Shown one piece after another: positions 43,415-53,537 of a stretch of DNA of 64,000 nt; position 1 is the stretch's first letter, and every line of letters begins with the position of its first letter. Under the pieces are notes generated by a model, which saw only the letters and a list, made by a program, of their open reading frames with translations, was not told where the DNA came from and did not search any database. The stretch is from Limnohabitans sp. (lineage in GTDB: Bacteria > Pseudomonadota > Gammaproteobacteria > Burkholderiales > Burkholderiaceae_C), in the NCBI GenBank assembly GCA_018882835.1, contig VERE01000001.1:108271-172270 (forward strand). Reading direction: 5' to 3'. The position numbers were made by a program, and so were the translations under genes.

Positions 43415-45136
43415 TTACGTTTGTCGGGCACGGGCTTCTTCTTGCAGGCGCAACACGCGCCGCTGCACTTTGCCGGTGGTGGTCATGGGCAGTTCGGCGA
43501 TGAACTCAATTTCCTTGGGGTACTCGTAGGGCGCCAACTGGCCGCGCACATGTTTTTGCAAGTCGGCCACCAAGGCATCGCTGGCCTGGTAACCCGCAGC
43601 CAGCACCACGTAGGCTTTGACCAAGGCGCCACGCTCGGGGTCAGGCTTGGGAACGACGGCGGCATTGCCCACCGCCGGGTGCTTGACCAGACAGTTTTCA
43701 ATTTCACTGGGGCCGATGCGGTAACCGGCGGACTTGAACACATCGTCTGCGCGTCCTTGGTACCAGAGGTAGCCGTCCGCATCGCAGACCGCCAAATCGC
43801 CCGTGCGGCACCAGTCTGCGGTGTATTTCGCTTGCGTCGCACCGGGGTTTTTCCAGTAACCCAAAAAGAAAATGGGGTCGGGCTGCCCGTGCTGATTGAA
43901 GCGGTGCAGCGCCACATCGCCCGGCACCCCGGGGAGGCATTCGCGCCCTTCTTCGTCGATGACGGCCACACGGTGACCGGGATAGCCCTTGCCCATGCTG
44001 CCAGCGCGTGCAGGCCAGCCCACGCCCCCTGCACGCTGATCGTTCATGGCGCAGTTGCCGACGATGTAGTTGATTTCGGTTTGCCCGAACATTTCATTGA
44101 CGATCACACCCAGCTGGTCTTTGCAGTAGGCGAACACGGCATCGCCCACGGCTTCGCCCGCGCTCATGACAGCGTGGAGCTTGAATTGGAAATGTTGGCG
44201 GGGCTGCGGAAACGCTTTCATCATGGCTTTCAAAGCCGTGGGGAACAGAAAACTGTGGGTGACGCGGTGTTGCGAGATCAACTGAAAGGCCAATTCCGGG
44301 CTGAAGCGACCCGCCCAGGCCACGATGGGCCGCCCGAAATACAACGTGGGTAACAAGGCGTCCATCAGCCCGCCTGTCCAGGCCCAGTCGGCCGGCGACC
44401 AAAACACCGCCTGGCTTTCATGGGGCGCTGGGTTTTGGGGGTCAAAGCCAAACCAGTTCTGGCTGCAGACAAAGCCCGTCAAATTACCGATCAGGGCGCG
44501 GTGGGGAATGACCGCCCCCTTGGGCGGGCCCGTTGTGCCACTGGTGTAAATGAGCACCGCGGGATCGTCGGCGTGGGTTTGGGCCGCCACAAAACGGGCC
44601 TGCGTGCGCGCTGTGGCTGCGGCGTAATCCACATCGCACTGCGCGGCAGCGGCCCCCAGGCCAATCAGCTGGCGCAACAAGGGGCACTGCGCGCGCACGC
44701 TCATCAGGTTGGCCACCGAGGTGTCGTCCACGATGGCGGCGACGGCTTCGCTGTTTTGGAGCCGGTAGGACAACGCCTCCGGGCCAAACAGCAGCGACAA
44801 GGGCATGGCCACAGCCCCCATCTGCATCACGGCCATGTAAGCCACCGCTGTTTCAAATCGTTGCGGCAACACGATGGCCACGCGGTCGCCGCGCTGCACA
44901 CCCAGGCTCACCAAGACATGGCTGAGCGCATCGGCCGCCGACTGCAATTGCGCATAACTGTAGCGCCGCGCCCTTCCCTGGGCGCTGTGCTCAATGATGG
45001 CCGTGCGGCGCGACGCACCGGGGTGGCTGGCCCAGCGGCGCGCGCAAGCCGCAGCCATGTTGAAGTGTTCATCGACATGCCAGCCAAATTGCCGCTGCAT
45101 GCGCTCATAGTGGTCTTGGAGGTGACGGGAAGTCAT
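43415..45136 (-). CDS. Acyl-CoA synthetase (AMP-forming)
   Basis: YTSGTTGPPKG, FGQTE, TGD, GRADD, TGK. Confidence 0.92.
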   Translation of the reverse strand: MTSRHLQDHYERMQRQFGWHVDEHFNMAAACARRWASHPGASRRTAIIEHSAQGRARRYSYAQLQSAADALSHVLVSLGVQRGDRVAIVLPQRFETAVAYMAVMQMGAVAMPLSLLFGPEALSYRLQNSEAVAAIVDDTSVANLMSVRAQCPLLRQLIGLGAAAAQCDVDYAAATARTQARFVAAQTHADDPAVLIYTSGTTGPPKGAVIPHRALIGNLTGFVCSQNWFGFDPQNPAPHESQAVFWSPADWAWTGGLMDALLPTLYFGRPIVAWAGRFSPELAFQLISQHRVTHSFLFPTALKAMMKAFPQPRQHFQFKLHAVMSAGEAVGDAVFAYCKDQLGVIVNEMFGQTEINYIVGNCAMNDQRAGGVGWPARAGSMGKGYPGHRVAVIDEEGRECLPGVPGDVALHRFNQHGQPDPIFFLGYWKNPGATQAKYTADWCRTGDLAVCDADGYLWYQGRADDVFKSAGYRIGPSEIENCLVKHPAVGNAAVVPKPDPERGALVKAYVVLAAGYQASDALVADLQKHVRGQLAPYEYPKEIEFIAELPMTTTGKVQRRVLRLQEEARARQT

Positions 45137-45161
45137 GCACGAGGTCCTTATGATGGAGGGA

Positions 45162-46076
45162 ATGTACATCGTTCAAAAAGCTTCGCGCAGCGCGTTTGTC
45201 CCGATTCGCAACCTGCAATACCACGTCCGCCTCTGGGGCGAGCCCGGCCCTGGCAAGACGCCGCTCTTCATGGTGCACGGCTGGATGGATGTGGCTGCCT
45301 CGTTCCAGTTTGTGGTGGACGCCTTTGCCAAAGACCGCTACGTGGTGGCCCCCGATTGGCGTGGCTACGGTCTGACCGATGCGGGTGGCGTGGACAACTT
45401 CTGGTTCCCCGACTATCTGGCCGACCTGGATTTTTTGATTGACCATTTCCAGCCCGAAGGCTCGGTGGATCTGGTGGGGCACAGCATGGGCGGCAACATT
45501 GCCATGCTCTATGCCGGCGTGCGCCCCGAACGCATTCGTCGCCTGGTCAATCTGGAAGGCTTTGGCATGGCGCAAACGCGCCCCTCGCAAGCACCGGGGC
45601 GCTATGCCAAATGGATTGACGAGCTCAAAGCGCTCAACCGCGGCGAAATGGCCCTCAAGACTTACCCCGATATGGCTGCGGTGGCGCAACGTCTCATCAA
45701 AACCAACCCGCGCATCAGCCTGGACAAAGCCGAATGGCTGGCCCGCCACTGGGCGCAGCCCAATGCGCAGGGCGAATGGGCCATCCTGGGCGATGCGGCC
45801 CACAAGGTGATCAATGCCAACCTGTACAAGGTGGAAGAGGTGCAGGAAATCTTCAAACGCATCAGCGCGCCCACGCTGTGCGTGATTGCCAGTGACAACA
45901 GCCTGGACACTTGGTGGAAAGGCAAATACACCCTGAATGAATTTCAGGAGCGCATGAAAGCGGTGGCGCAATTGCAAAACGCCTTGGTGCAAGACGCCGG
46001 CCACATGATGCACCATGATCAACCGCAGGTGCTGGCCGAGCTGATGGAAGCGTTCCTGGACGCCCCCGATGCATGA
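45162..46076 (+). CDS. Alpha/beta hydrolase
   Basis: HGWMD, GHSMGG nucleophile elbow, AGHMMH; start could be 45150-45162. Confidence 0.9.
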   Translation: MYIVQKASRSAFVPIRNLQYHVRLWGEPGPGKTPLFMVHGWMDVAASFQFVVDAFAKDRYVVAPDWRGYGLTDAGGVDNFWFPDYLADLDFLIDHFQPEGSVDLVGHSMGGNIAMLYAGVRPERIRRLVNLEGFGMAQTRPSQAPGRYAKWIDELKALNRGEMALKTYPDMAAVAQRLIKTNPRISLDKAEWLARHWAQPNAQGEWAILGDAAHKVINANLYKVEEVQEIFKRISAPTLCVIASDNSLDTWWKGKYTLNEFQERMKAVAQLQNALVQDAGHMMHHDQPQVLAELMEAFLDAPDA

Positions 46077-47310
46077 CACCGATGTCTTGATGGTGGGGGC
46101 CGGTGCGGCCGGCTTGTTTTGCGCCGGCGTGGCGGCACAACTGGGCCTGAAGGTCTTGCTGATCGACCACAGCGCCAAAGTGGCTGAAAAAATTCGGATC
46201 TCGGGCGGAGGCCGCAGCAACTTCACCAACCGGGACATCGATGTGCGTGCACCGCACCGCCACTTTTTGGGTGAGAACCCCCAGTTTTGTCGCAGCGCCC
46301 TCTCCCGCTACACCCCGGCCGATTTCATCGCCTTGGTGCAACGCCATGGCATCGCCTTTCATGAAAAGCACAAAGGCCAGCTGTTTTGCGACCACTCCGC
46401 CGAAGAACTGATCCAGATGCTGCTCAAGGAATGCGCAGCCGGCGCCAATGGCGGCAGCGTCACCCGCTGGCAACCCTGCGGGTTGAAAGCCTTGCGGCAT
46501 CACGACAGCCCCGAACCCCATTACGAAGCCGATACCGACCAGGGCACCGTGCGTTCACGCGCCGTGGTGGTGGCCACAGGCGGGCTGTCCATCCCGCAAA
46601 TTGGCGCCAGCGACCTCGGGTACCGGCTCGCCACCCAATTTGGCCTGCGCGTGGTCACGCCACGCCCGGCCTTGGTGCCCCTGACGTTCGATGGCCAAGC
46701 CTGGGCCTCGTTTGCCCCATTGGCCGGGCTCTCATTGCCCGTCACCGTGACCACAGGCGCCAAGAAAAACCGCACCGCCTTTGACGAAGATCTGTTATTC
46801 ACCCACCGCGGCCTGTCCGGGCCAGCCGTGCTGCAAATCTCCAGCTACTGGCAGCCCGGCCAAGCCCTCAGCGTGGACCTGGCCCCCGGGATAGACCTGT
46901 CACAAGCCTTGCTGGAGGCCAAACAGCAATCCCGCCGCCTGCTCGCCAACGCCCTGGCCACCTGGTTTCCGACCCGCTTGGCCGACACCTGGGTCCAGCG
47001 CGACCCCGAGTGGCAGCGGCCGCTGCCGGACACCCCCGACCGCGCCTTGAACCGGCTGGCCGAGCAATTGAGCCAATGGCAAATCACCCCCACGGGGACC
47101 GAGGGCTACAAAAAGGCCGAAGTGACCGCCGGCGGCGTGGACACCCGTGACCTCTCCCAGCAAACCCTGGAATCGCGCCAGCCCGGGCTGTATTTCATTG
47201 GCGAGGTGGTGGACATTACCGGCTGGCTGGGGGGGTACAACTTCCAATGGGCCTGGTCCAGCGCCCATGCTTGCGCCCAGGCTTTGGCCAGCCGGCTGAA
47301 ACCGCTATAA
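46069..47310 (+). CDS. HI0933/YhiN family flavoprotein
   Basis: GAGAAG, KIRISGGGR.NFTN, LFTHRGLSGP, GWLGGYNFQ. Confidence 0.92.
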   Translation: MHDTDVLMVGAGAAGLFCAGVAAQLGLKVLLIDHSAKVAEKIRISGGGRSNFTNRDIDVRAPHRHFLGENPQFCRSALSRYTPADFIALVQRHGIAFHEKHKGQLFCDHSAEELIQMLLKECAAGANGGSVTRWQPCGLKALRHHDSPEPHYEADTDQGTVRSRAVVVATGGLSIPQIGASDLGYRLATQFGLRVVTPRPALVPLTFDGQAWASFAPLAGLSLPVTVTTGAKKNRTAFDEDLLFTHRGLSGPAVLQISSYWQPGQALSVDLAPGIDLSQALLEAKQQSRRLLANALATWFPTRLADTWVQRDPEWQRPLPDTPDRALNRLAEQLSQWQITPTGTEGYKKAEVTAGGVDTRDLSQQTLESRQPGLYFIGEVVDITGWLGGYNFQWAWSSAHACAQALASRLKPL

Positions 47311-47438
47311 TCTCGGTCTTTGCTGGCAAAACCCCGACGGCCTGATCACCTGAAGTCGGGGACAACCGCAAGCACGGTCGCCCGGGCCCGATCTTCCCAG
47401 GCACCCAGTGCTCGCACATTTTTGAAAACTGTTCGTCA

Positions 47439-47651
47439 ATGACCACCATTCGCGTTAAAGAAAACGAGCCCTTCGACGTGGCTCTCCGCCGCTTCAAGCG
47501 CACCATCGAAAAATTGGGCCTGCTCACCGAGCTGCGCGCCCGTGAGTTCTACGAGAAGCCCACGGCCGAGCGCAAGCGCAAGAAAGCCGCTGCCGTCAAG
47601 CGCCATTACAAGCGCGTGCGCAGCATGCAATTGCCCAAGAAGATGTATTGA
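47439..47651 (+). CDS. rpsU: 30S ribosomal protein S21
   Basis: [22 protein letters not shown]. Confidence 0.97.
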   Translation: MTTIRVKENEPFDVALRRFKRTIEKLGLLTELRAREFYEKPTAERKRKKAAAVKRHYKRVRSMQLPKKMY

Positions 47652-47685
47652 TCGCCGGCTGATTCGTCAGCGGTCAAACACCGAT

Positions 47686-47724
47686 TGGCTCGCCCGGGGA
47701 CGCCCGCGCGGGCCATTGTTTTTT
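47686..47724 (+). terminator. Possible intrinsic terminator after rpsU
   Basis: TGGCTCGC...GCGGGCCA GC-rich stem followed by TTGTTTTTT. Confidence 0.5.
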
Positions 47725-47737
47725 GCAGGAGAACACG

Positions 47738-48184
47738 ATGAGCTTGAAAGACCAGATCACCGAAGACATGAAAACCGCCATGCGCGCCAAAGACAGCGCT
47801 CGCCTGGGCACCATCCGCTTGTTACAGGCGGCCATGAAGCAAAAAGAGGTGGACGAGCGCATCACCCTGGACGATGCCGCAGTGATCGCCATCGTTGACA
47901 AGCTGATCAAGCAGCGCAAAGACTCCGTCAGCGCCTATGTGCAAGCCAACCGCCAAGATTTGGCAGACCAGGAAAGCTCGGAAATCAAGGTGCTGGAAGC
48001 CTACCTGCCGCAGCGACTGTCACCCGAGGAAATTCAAGCGGCGGTGAAAGCCATCGTCGCCCAGGTGGGGGCCAGTGGCCCTGGCGACATGGGCAAGGTC
48101 ATGGGCGCGGTGAAAGCCCAACTGGCCGGCAAAGCAGACATGGGACTGGTCAGCGCCGCAGTCAAAGCCGCGCTGGCGGGTTGA
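47738..48184 (+). CDS. GatB/YqeY domain protein
   Basis: DMKTAMRAKD, KQRKDS, YLPQ, DMGKVM; follows rpsU. Confidence 0.92.
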   Translation: MSLKDQITEDMKTAMRAKDSARLGTIRLLQAAMKQKEVDERITLDDAAVIAIVDKLIKQRKDSVSAYVQANRQDLADQESSEIKVLEAYLPQRLSPEEIQAAVKAIVAQVGASGPGDMGKVMGAVKAQLAGKADMGLVSAAVKAALAG

Positions 48185-48271
48185 GTCACATCACTCCCAA
48201 CGCAGCGCGGCGATCTATCACCGGCACAAGATGGCCACGGCCCTTTGGGCCTGGCAACAATCTGGGGTCAA

Positions 48272-49663
48272 TCAGGCGCCCGCCACCTTCATGCGGTTGA
48301 TCAGCACCGAGCCGATGGTCTTGGCGCCGTAGCTGTAGGTGTCGGCGCCCACTGCCTCCAGGCCCTTGAACATTTTGGACAGGTTGCCGGCGATCGTGAT
48401 CTCTTGCACCGGGAAGGCTATCTCGCCTTTTTCCACCCAAAAGCCACTGGCACCACGGGAGTAGTCGCCCGTGACGTAGTTCACGCCCTGCCCCATCAAC
48501 TCGGTCACAAACAGACCCGTACCCAGCTTTTGCAGCATGGCCTTCAAGTCATCTTGCGCCTGGGTTTGACGCGAGGTCAGCACCAGGTTGTGCGAGCCCC
48601 CCGCATTGCCCGTGGTGGTCATGCCCAGCTTGCGTGCGGAATAGCTGCTCAGGAAATAGCCCTGCACCCGGCCCCCTTTCACCACCTGACGCGGGCGCGT
48701 GATCACGCCTTCTTCGTCAAATGGGGAGCTGCCTTTGCCGCGCAGCACAAACGGATCTTCCAAGACATCAATGTGGCGCGGGAACACCATTTTCCCCAGC
48801 GAGTCCAACAAAAAGCTGCTCTTGCGGTACAAGGAACCGCCGCTGACCGCTTGCACAAAATGGCCCAACAAACCCGCTGCCAAGGTCGATTCGAACAACA
48901 CCGGGCATTCGCGGGTGGTGATCTTGCGCGCTTGCAAGCGGCTCAAGGCGCGCTCGGCCGCGTAGCGGCCCACCGCCTCCGGTGAAGCCAGTTCGTCGGG
49001 TGAACGCATCGAGCTGTACCAGGCGTCGCGCTGCATGTCGTCGCCTTTGCCGGCAATGGGCGCCACGGACAGGCTGTGGCGGGAACTGGCATAGCCCCCC
49101 CTGAAGCCACGTGTGTGGGCGCTGAAAAAATGGCTTTGCTGGGCCGATACGGCGGCCCCTTCGCTGTTGGTGATGCGGCGATCGGTCTTGAGGGCGGCGG
49201 CTTCGCAACGCAAGGCCAGCTTGGCGGCCGCCTCACTGCTCAAGTCCCAGGGGTGAAACAGGTCCAGGTCGGGATGGTGATGGGCAATGTCTTGCGCCTC
49301 GGGCAAGCCGGCGGCGGGGTCTTCCGCCGTGAAGCGTGCAATGTCATACGCCGCTTGCACCGTGCGCTCAATGGCGGCCCGTGAAAAATCGGAAGTGCTG
49401 GCATTGCCACGGCGGTTGCCGAGGTACACCGTCACACCCAGAGATTTGTCCCGGTTACGCTCGACCGTCTCCAGGGCGCCCTTGCGCACCGACACGCTCA
49501 AACCACAGCCTTCAGAGGCTTCTGCGCCCGCATCTGTTGCGCCCAATTTCTTGGCGTGCGCCAAGGACAGGTCGACCAGCTCCTCGAAAAAGGGACGGCT
49601 GTAACTGAACCCTTGCAAAGGGGCTGAAGAGGCGAGTGCGGGAGTGGATTTGGCGGTTTTCAT
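48272..49663 (-). CDS. pmbA: Metalloprotease PmbA (TldE)
   Basis: FDEEG, TGNAGG, TGDYSRGASG, ITIAGN. Confidence 0.93.
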   Translation of the reverse strand: MKTAKSTPALASSAPLQGFSYSRPFFEELVDLSLAHAKKLGATDAGAEASEGCGLSVSVRKGALETVERNRDKSLGVTVYLGNRRGNASTSDFSRAAIERTVQAAYDIARFTAEDPAAGLPEAQDIAHHHPDLDLFHPWDLSSEAAAKLALRCEAAALKTDRRITNSEGAAVSAQQSHFFSAHTRGFRGGYASSRHSLSVAPIAGKGDDMQRDAWYSSMRSPDELASPEAVGRYAAERALSRLQARKITTRECPVLFESTLAAGLLGHFVQAVSGGSLYRKSSFLLDSLGKMVFPRHIDVLEDPFVLRGKGSSPFDEEGVITRPRQVVKGGRVQGYFLSSYSARKLGMTTTGNAGGSHNLVLTSRQTQAQDDLKAMLQKLGTGLFVTELMGQGVNYVTGDYSRGASGFWVEKGEIAFPVQEITIAGNLSKMFKGLEAVGADTYSYGAKTIGSVLINRMKVAGA

Positions 49664-49724
49664 GTGCCAGCTATGATACTTGCCACCCTGTGAGCGGGCT
49701 GACCGCTCTGAGATTCACCCCAAG

Positions 49725-50366
49725 ATGTCCAGAAAACCCAAAAAAGGCTACTTTGTCCGTGGCGTGTTCGTAGCTGAAGGCAGCGAGCTCGACCTGGCCT
49801 ACAAGCGCGAGCTCAAAGGCACAGACACGGCCAGCAAAACCGATTTGAAACGTGAAAGCGACGAGCGCCAGCAACTTGGCGAAGACCTGCTGACGCTGCG
49901 CGCCGATCTGGGCCAGCGCCTGTTGGACCAGGGCCATCTGAACGATAAACTGATGGACGCCGTGGTCGAGGCCAAGCGCATCACTAACTTTGAAGGCCGG
50001 CGTCGCCAAATGCAATTCATCGGCAAGCTGATGCGCAAACTCGAAGACGAAGACATCGAGGCGATCCGTGAAGCCCTGCGCGCCCAACACAGCGGCAGCG
50101 CCAAAGAAACCCTGGCCCTGCACCAGGCTGAGCAATGGCGCGACCGCTTGCTGCAAAGCGACGATGCAGTGGCCGAATGGATGGCGGCCTACCCCGCCAC
50201 CGACAGCCAGCAACTGCGCGCCATGGTTCGTCAAGCGCGCAAAGACAACACGGCCGACAAGACCACCGAGTCTCAAGGCCTGGCACCCCGTCAGGGCCGC
50301 TCATACCGAGAAATTTTTCAACTGGTGAAGCAAACCCTTCAGCAAGCCGAGGACGCGCATGAGTGA
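49725..50366 (+). CDS. yjgA: Ribosome biogenesis factor YjgA (DUF615)
   Basis: SKTDLKRE, RRRQMQFIGKLMR; divergent from pmbA. Confidence 0.9.
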   Translation: MSRKPKKGYFVRGVFVAEGSELDLAYKRELKGTDTASKTDLKRESDERQQLGEDLLTLRADLGQRLLDQGHLNDKLMDAVVEAKRITNFEGRRRQMQFIGKLMRKLEDEDIEAIREALRAQHSGSAKETLALHQAEQWRDRLLQSDDAVAEWMAAYPATDSQQLRAMVRQARKDNTADKTTESQGLAPRQGRSYREIFQLVKQTLQQAEDAHE

Positions 50367-50979
50367 CACGCCCCTGCCCACCCCCGATCTGCGCTGCGAC
50401 CCGGTCAAGGTCGGCATCGTGTCCATCAGCGACCGCGCTTCCAGCGGCACCTACGAAGACAAAGGTTTGCCCGCCCTGCGCGACTGGCTGGGCCAGGCCT
50501 TGTTGAATCCCCTGACGTTCGAGGCACGCCTGATCCCCGACGAACAGGCCTTGATCAGCGAGACCCTGATCGCCTTGGCCGATCTGGGTTGCTCATTGAT
50601 CCTGACCACTGGCGGCACTGGCCCGGCCTTGCGCGATGTCACGCCCGAGGCCACGCTGGCCGTGGCCGACAAGGAGATGCCTGGCTTTGGCGAGCAAATG
50701 CGCCAGATCAGCCTGCGTTTTGTCCCCACAGCCATTTTGTCGCGCCAAGTGGCGGTGATTCGAGGCCAAAGCCTGATCATCAACTTGCCCGGCCAGCCCA
50801 AATCGATCCAGGAAACCCTGGGCGGCTTGCGCAATGCCGAGGGCCAGCAGATGGTGGATGGTATTTTTGCAGCGGTGCCCTATTGCATTGACCTGATTGG
50901 CGGCCCCTACATGGAAACGCGCGACGCCTTCTGCAAAGCGTTCCGTCCGAAAACCGCCCAGCGACCTGCGCGCAACTGA
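50359..50979 (+). CDS. mog: Molybdopterin adenylyltransferase
   Basis: SDRAS, TTGGTG..RDVTPEAT, NLPGQP. Confidence 0.93.
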   Translation: MSDTPLPTPDLRCDPVKVGIVSISDRASSGTYEDKGLPALRDWLGQALLNPLTFEARLIPDEQALISETLIALADLGCSLILTTGGTGPALRDVTPEATLAVADKEMPGFGEQMRQISLRFVPTAILSRQVAVIRGQSLIINLPGQPKSIQETLGGLRNAEGQQMVDGIFAAVPYCIDLIGGPYMETRDAFCKAFRPKTAQRPARN

Positions 50980-50983
50980 TCGC

Positions 50984-51751
50984 TTATTTTCCGACCAGCT
51001 GGTTCAGCTTCTCGGCTTCAAACTGCTCTTGCTTGGCAGCGTCTTGCGGCACGCAGTCGGCGCCTTGCTGCGACAGGCTTTCCAGGGCTTTCCACAGCAA
51101 GGCAATCTGGTGCTCTTGCGACGCCGCACTGTCAATCAAGCCACGCATGGCTTGGCTCAAGGGGTCATCGTCCTGGGTGATGCCATAGGCGTTGAACTTG
51201 CGCGTGCCCGCCGTCACATCAGCGCTTTCGCCTTCTTTGGCGGGAATGATGCGCGCAGGAATGCCGACAGCGGTCGCCCCCGCAGGCACGGGCTTGATCA
51301 CCACGGCATTGCTGCCGATCTTGGCCCCATCGCCCACCACAAATCCCCCCAGCACTTTGGCGCCAGCACTGACCACCACATCGCGCCCCAGGGTGGGATG
51401 GCGCTTGGTGCCTTTGTACAAGGAGGTTCCCCCCAGAGTCACGCCCTGGTAAATCGTGCAACCGTCGCCAATTTCGGCGGTCTCGCCGACCACCACACCC
51501 ATGGCGTGGTCGAAAAACACGCGGTCCCCAATCTTCGCACCGGGGTGAATTTCAATGCCGGTGAGCCAGCGCGACAGGTGCGAGATAAAGCGCCCCAGCC
51601 ACTTGAGGCCCATCTGCCAGCAGGCATGGGCCATGCGGTGCATCCAGATGGCATGCAAACCGGGGTAACAGGTCAGTACCTCCCAGCGGCTGCGGGCGGC
51701 CGGGTCCCTGTCCAAAATGCACTGAATGTCGGATCGCAAACGGGCAAACAT
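50984..51751 (-). CDS. cysE: Serine O-acetyltransferase
   Basis: [25 protein letters not shown]. Confidence 0.95.
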   Translation of the reverse strand: MFARLRSDIQCILDRDPAARSRWEVLTCYPGLHAIWMHRMAHACWQMGLKWLGRFISHLSRWLTGIEIHPGAKIGDRVFFDHAMGVVVGETAEIGDGCTIYQGVTLGGTSLYKGTKRHPTLGRDVVVSAGAKVLGGFVVGDGAKIGSNAVVIKPVPAGATAVGIPARIIPAKEGESADVTAGTRKFNAYGITQDDDPLSQAMRGLIDSAASQEHQIALLWKALESLSQQGADCVPQDAAKQEQFEAEKLNQLVGK

Positions 51752-51760
51752 GGGGGAAGT

Positions 51761-52492
51761 CTAGCCTTTTTGGCGGTTGGCCATGGCCATCTGCTTGGCA
51801 ACACCGCGCAGGATGTGGACTTCTTCCTGCGTCAACTGCGCCCGGTTAAACAGTTGCTGCAGGCGTGGCATCAGCTTTTTGGGGGCCGCCGGGTCGAGAA
51901 AACCAATCTCGGTCAAAGAAGCTTCCCAGTGCCCCAGCATGCCCGCCACCTGCTGGGCGTCGGCCAGGTGGGGCTCTGGGGTGGCGGCTTGAACGTCGTA
52001 GCCTCCCAGCGCCAGGCGCCACTCGTAGGCCAACACTTGCACCGCGCTGGCCAGGTTCAGCGAGCCAAACTGAGGATTGGTCGGAATGCTCAATGCCACA
52101 TGGCAGCGGTACACGTCTTCGTTGCGCATGCCAAAGCGCTCCGAGCCAAACAGAAAGCCCACGCCCTCGGGACTGGGCTGCCGGGCCAGCAGCGCCTCAA
52201 AATGCGGGCGCGGGGTGTCAGTGGGTGGGCCAAAGTCGCGCGGCGTCATGGCAGTGGCGCACAAATGTGTCAGCCCATCTAGCGCCTCATCCAGGGTGTC
52301 CACAATGCGGGCCTGATTCAGCACATCCAGGGCACCGCTGGCGCGCTGGATGGTTTCCTCACGACGCAACACATTGTCCCAACGGGGCGCGACCAGCACC
52401 AAATCGTCAAAGCCCATGACTTTCATGGCACGGGCAGCGCCACCCACATTGCCGGCGTGGCTGGTCTGAATCAGGATAAAGCGGGTCTTCAT
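51761..52492 (-). CDS. trmJ: TrmJ family tRNA methyltransferase (SPOUT)
   Basis: GNVG.AARAMK.MG, FGSERFG, SLNLA.AVQ; context suhB/cysE. Confidence 0.88.
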   Translation of the reverse strand: MKTRFILIQTSHAGNVGGAARAMKVMGFDDLVLVAPRWDNVLRREETIQRASGALDVLNQARIVDTLDEALDGLTHLCATAMTPRDFGPPTDTPRPHFEALLARQPSPEGVGFLFGSERFGMRNEDVYRCHVALSIPTNPQFGSLNLASAVQVLAYEWRLALGGYDVQAATPEPHLADAQQVAGMLGHWEASLTEIGFLDPAAPKKLMPRLQQLFNRAQLTQEEVHILRGVAKQMAMANRQKG

Positions 52493-52604
52493 GGCAACAG
52501 GCGTAAAATAGGCTCTATTGTCGCCGCCCGCATCGACGGGGGGTTCCCTCTTGCTCTTACCGCCAGGGCGAGCACCTCTCAGGTGCTGGCCGGGCCCACA
52601 ATCC

Positions 52605-53492
52605 ATGTCGTCCACACTCCACCCCATGCTCAACGTGGCCATCAAGGCCGCCCGCGCCGCTGGCGCCATCATCAACCGCGCTGCGCTCGATGTGGAGTCG
52701 GTCCGGGTCTCGCAAAAGCAGTCGAACGACTTTGTCACCGAAGTCGATCAGGCCAGCGAGAACACCATCATCGAGACCCTGCTGACGGCCTACCCCGACC
52801 ACGGCATCCTGGCCGAAGAGTCTGGCAGCACACGCGGCAACCCCGACGCAGAGGCCGTCTGGATCATCGACCCGCTGGACGGCACCACCAACTTCATTCA
52901 CGGCTTCCCTGTCTACTGCGTCAGCATTGCGCTGCAAGTCAAAGGCCGCCTGGAGCAAGCCGTGGTGTACGACCCCACCCGCAATGACTTGTTCACCGCC
53001 ACCCGAGGTCGTGGCGCCTTCATGAACGAGCGCCGCATCCGCGTGGGCAAGCGCACCCGCCTGCAAGAGTGCCTGCTGTCGACCGGCTTTCCCTTCCGTC
53101 CTGAAGACGACTTCAACACTTACCTGCGCCTGATGGGCGACATGATGCAACGCACCGCCGGCCTGCGCCGTCCGGGCGCGGCCGCGCTCGACCTGGCTTA
53201 TGTGGCCGCTGGCTTCAGCGATGGCTTTTTCGAACTCGGACTGCAGCCCTGGGACATGGCCGCTGGCGCCTTGCTGATCACCGAAGCCGGGGGGCTGGTG
53301 GGCAACTTCACTGGCGAAGCCGACTTCCTGCAACACCGTGAGTGCCTGGCGGGCAACCCGCGCATTTATGCGCAAATGGTGGCCGTGCTGCAAAAATATT
53401 CGAAGTTCGCCGGCGTGCAAGACAAAGCTGCCGTGGTGCAAGCCGTGGCCGAGTTGCAAGCCCATGGCACCGACCCCGTCGCACCGCTGTAA
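52605..53492 (+). CDS. suhB: Inositol monophosphatase / SuhB
   Basis: [18 protein letters not shown]. Confidence 0.93.
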   Translation: MSSTLHPMLNVAIKAARAAGAIINRAALDVESVRVSQKQSNDFVTEVDQASENTIIETLLTAYPDHGILAEESGSTRGNPDAEAVWIIDPLDGTTNFIHGFPVYCVSIALQVKGRLEQAVVYDPTRNDLFTATRGRGAFMNERRIRVGKRTRLQECLLSTGFPFRPEDDFNTYLRLMGDMMQRTAGLRRPGAAALDLAYVAAGFSDGFFELGLQPWDMAAGALLITEAGGLVGNFTGEADFLQHRECLAGNPRIYAQMVAVLQKYSKFAGVQDKAAVVQAVAELQAHGTDPVAPL

Positions 53493-53537
53493 CGGACACC
53501 GATAACCGGACACAAGCATCGCAGGCGCTGCAACGGC

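Noticed and set aside
42419-44353. 644-aa plus-strand ORF
   Set aside because: Antisense to the aldo/keto reductase and acyl-CoA synthetase; no domain signal
48185-48271. Intergenic gap between yqeY and pmbA containing GGGGTCA
   Set aside because: The match stops after 7 bp, with no convincing hairpin, RNA gene or ORF
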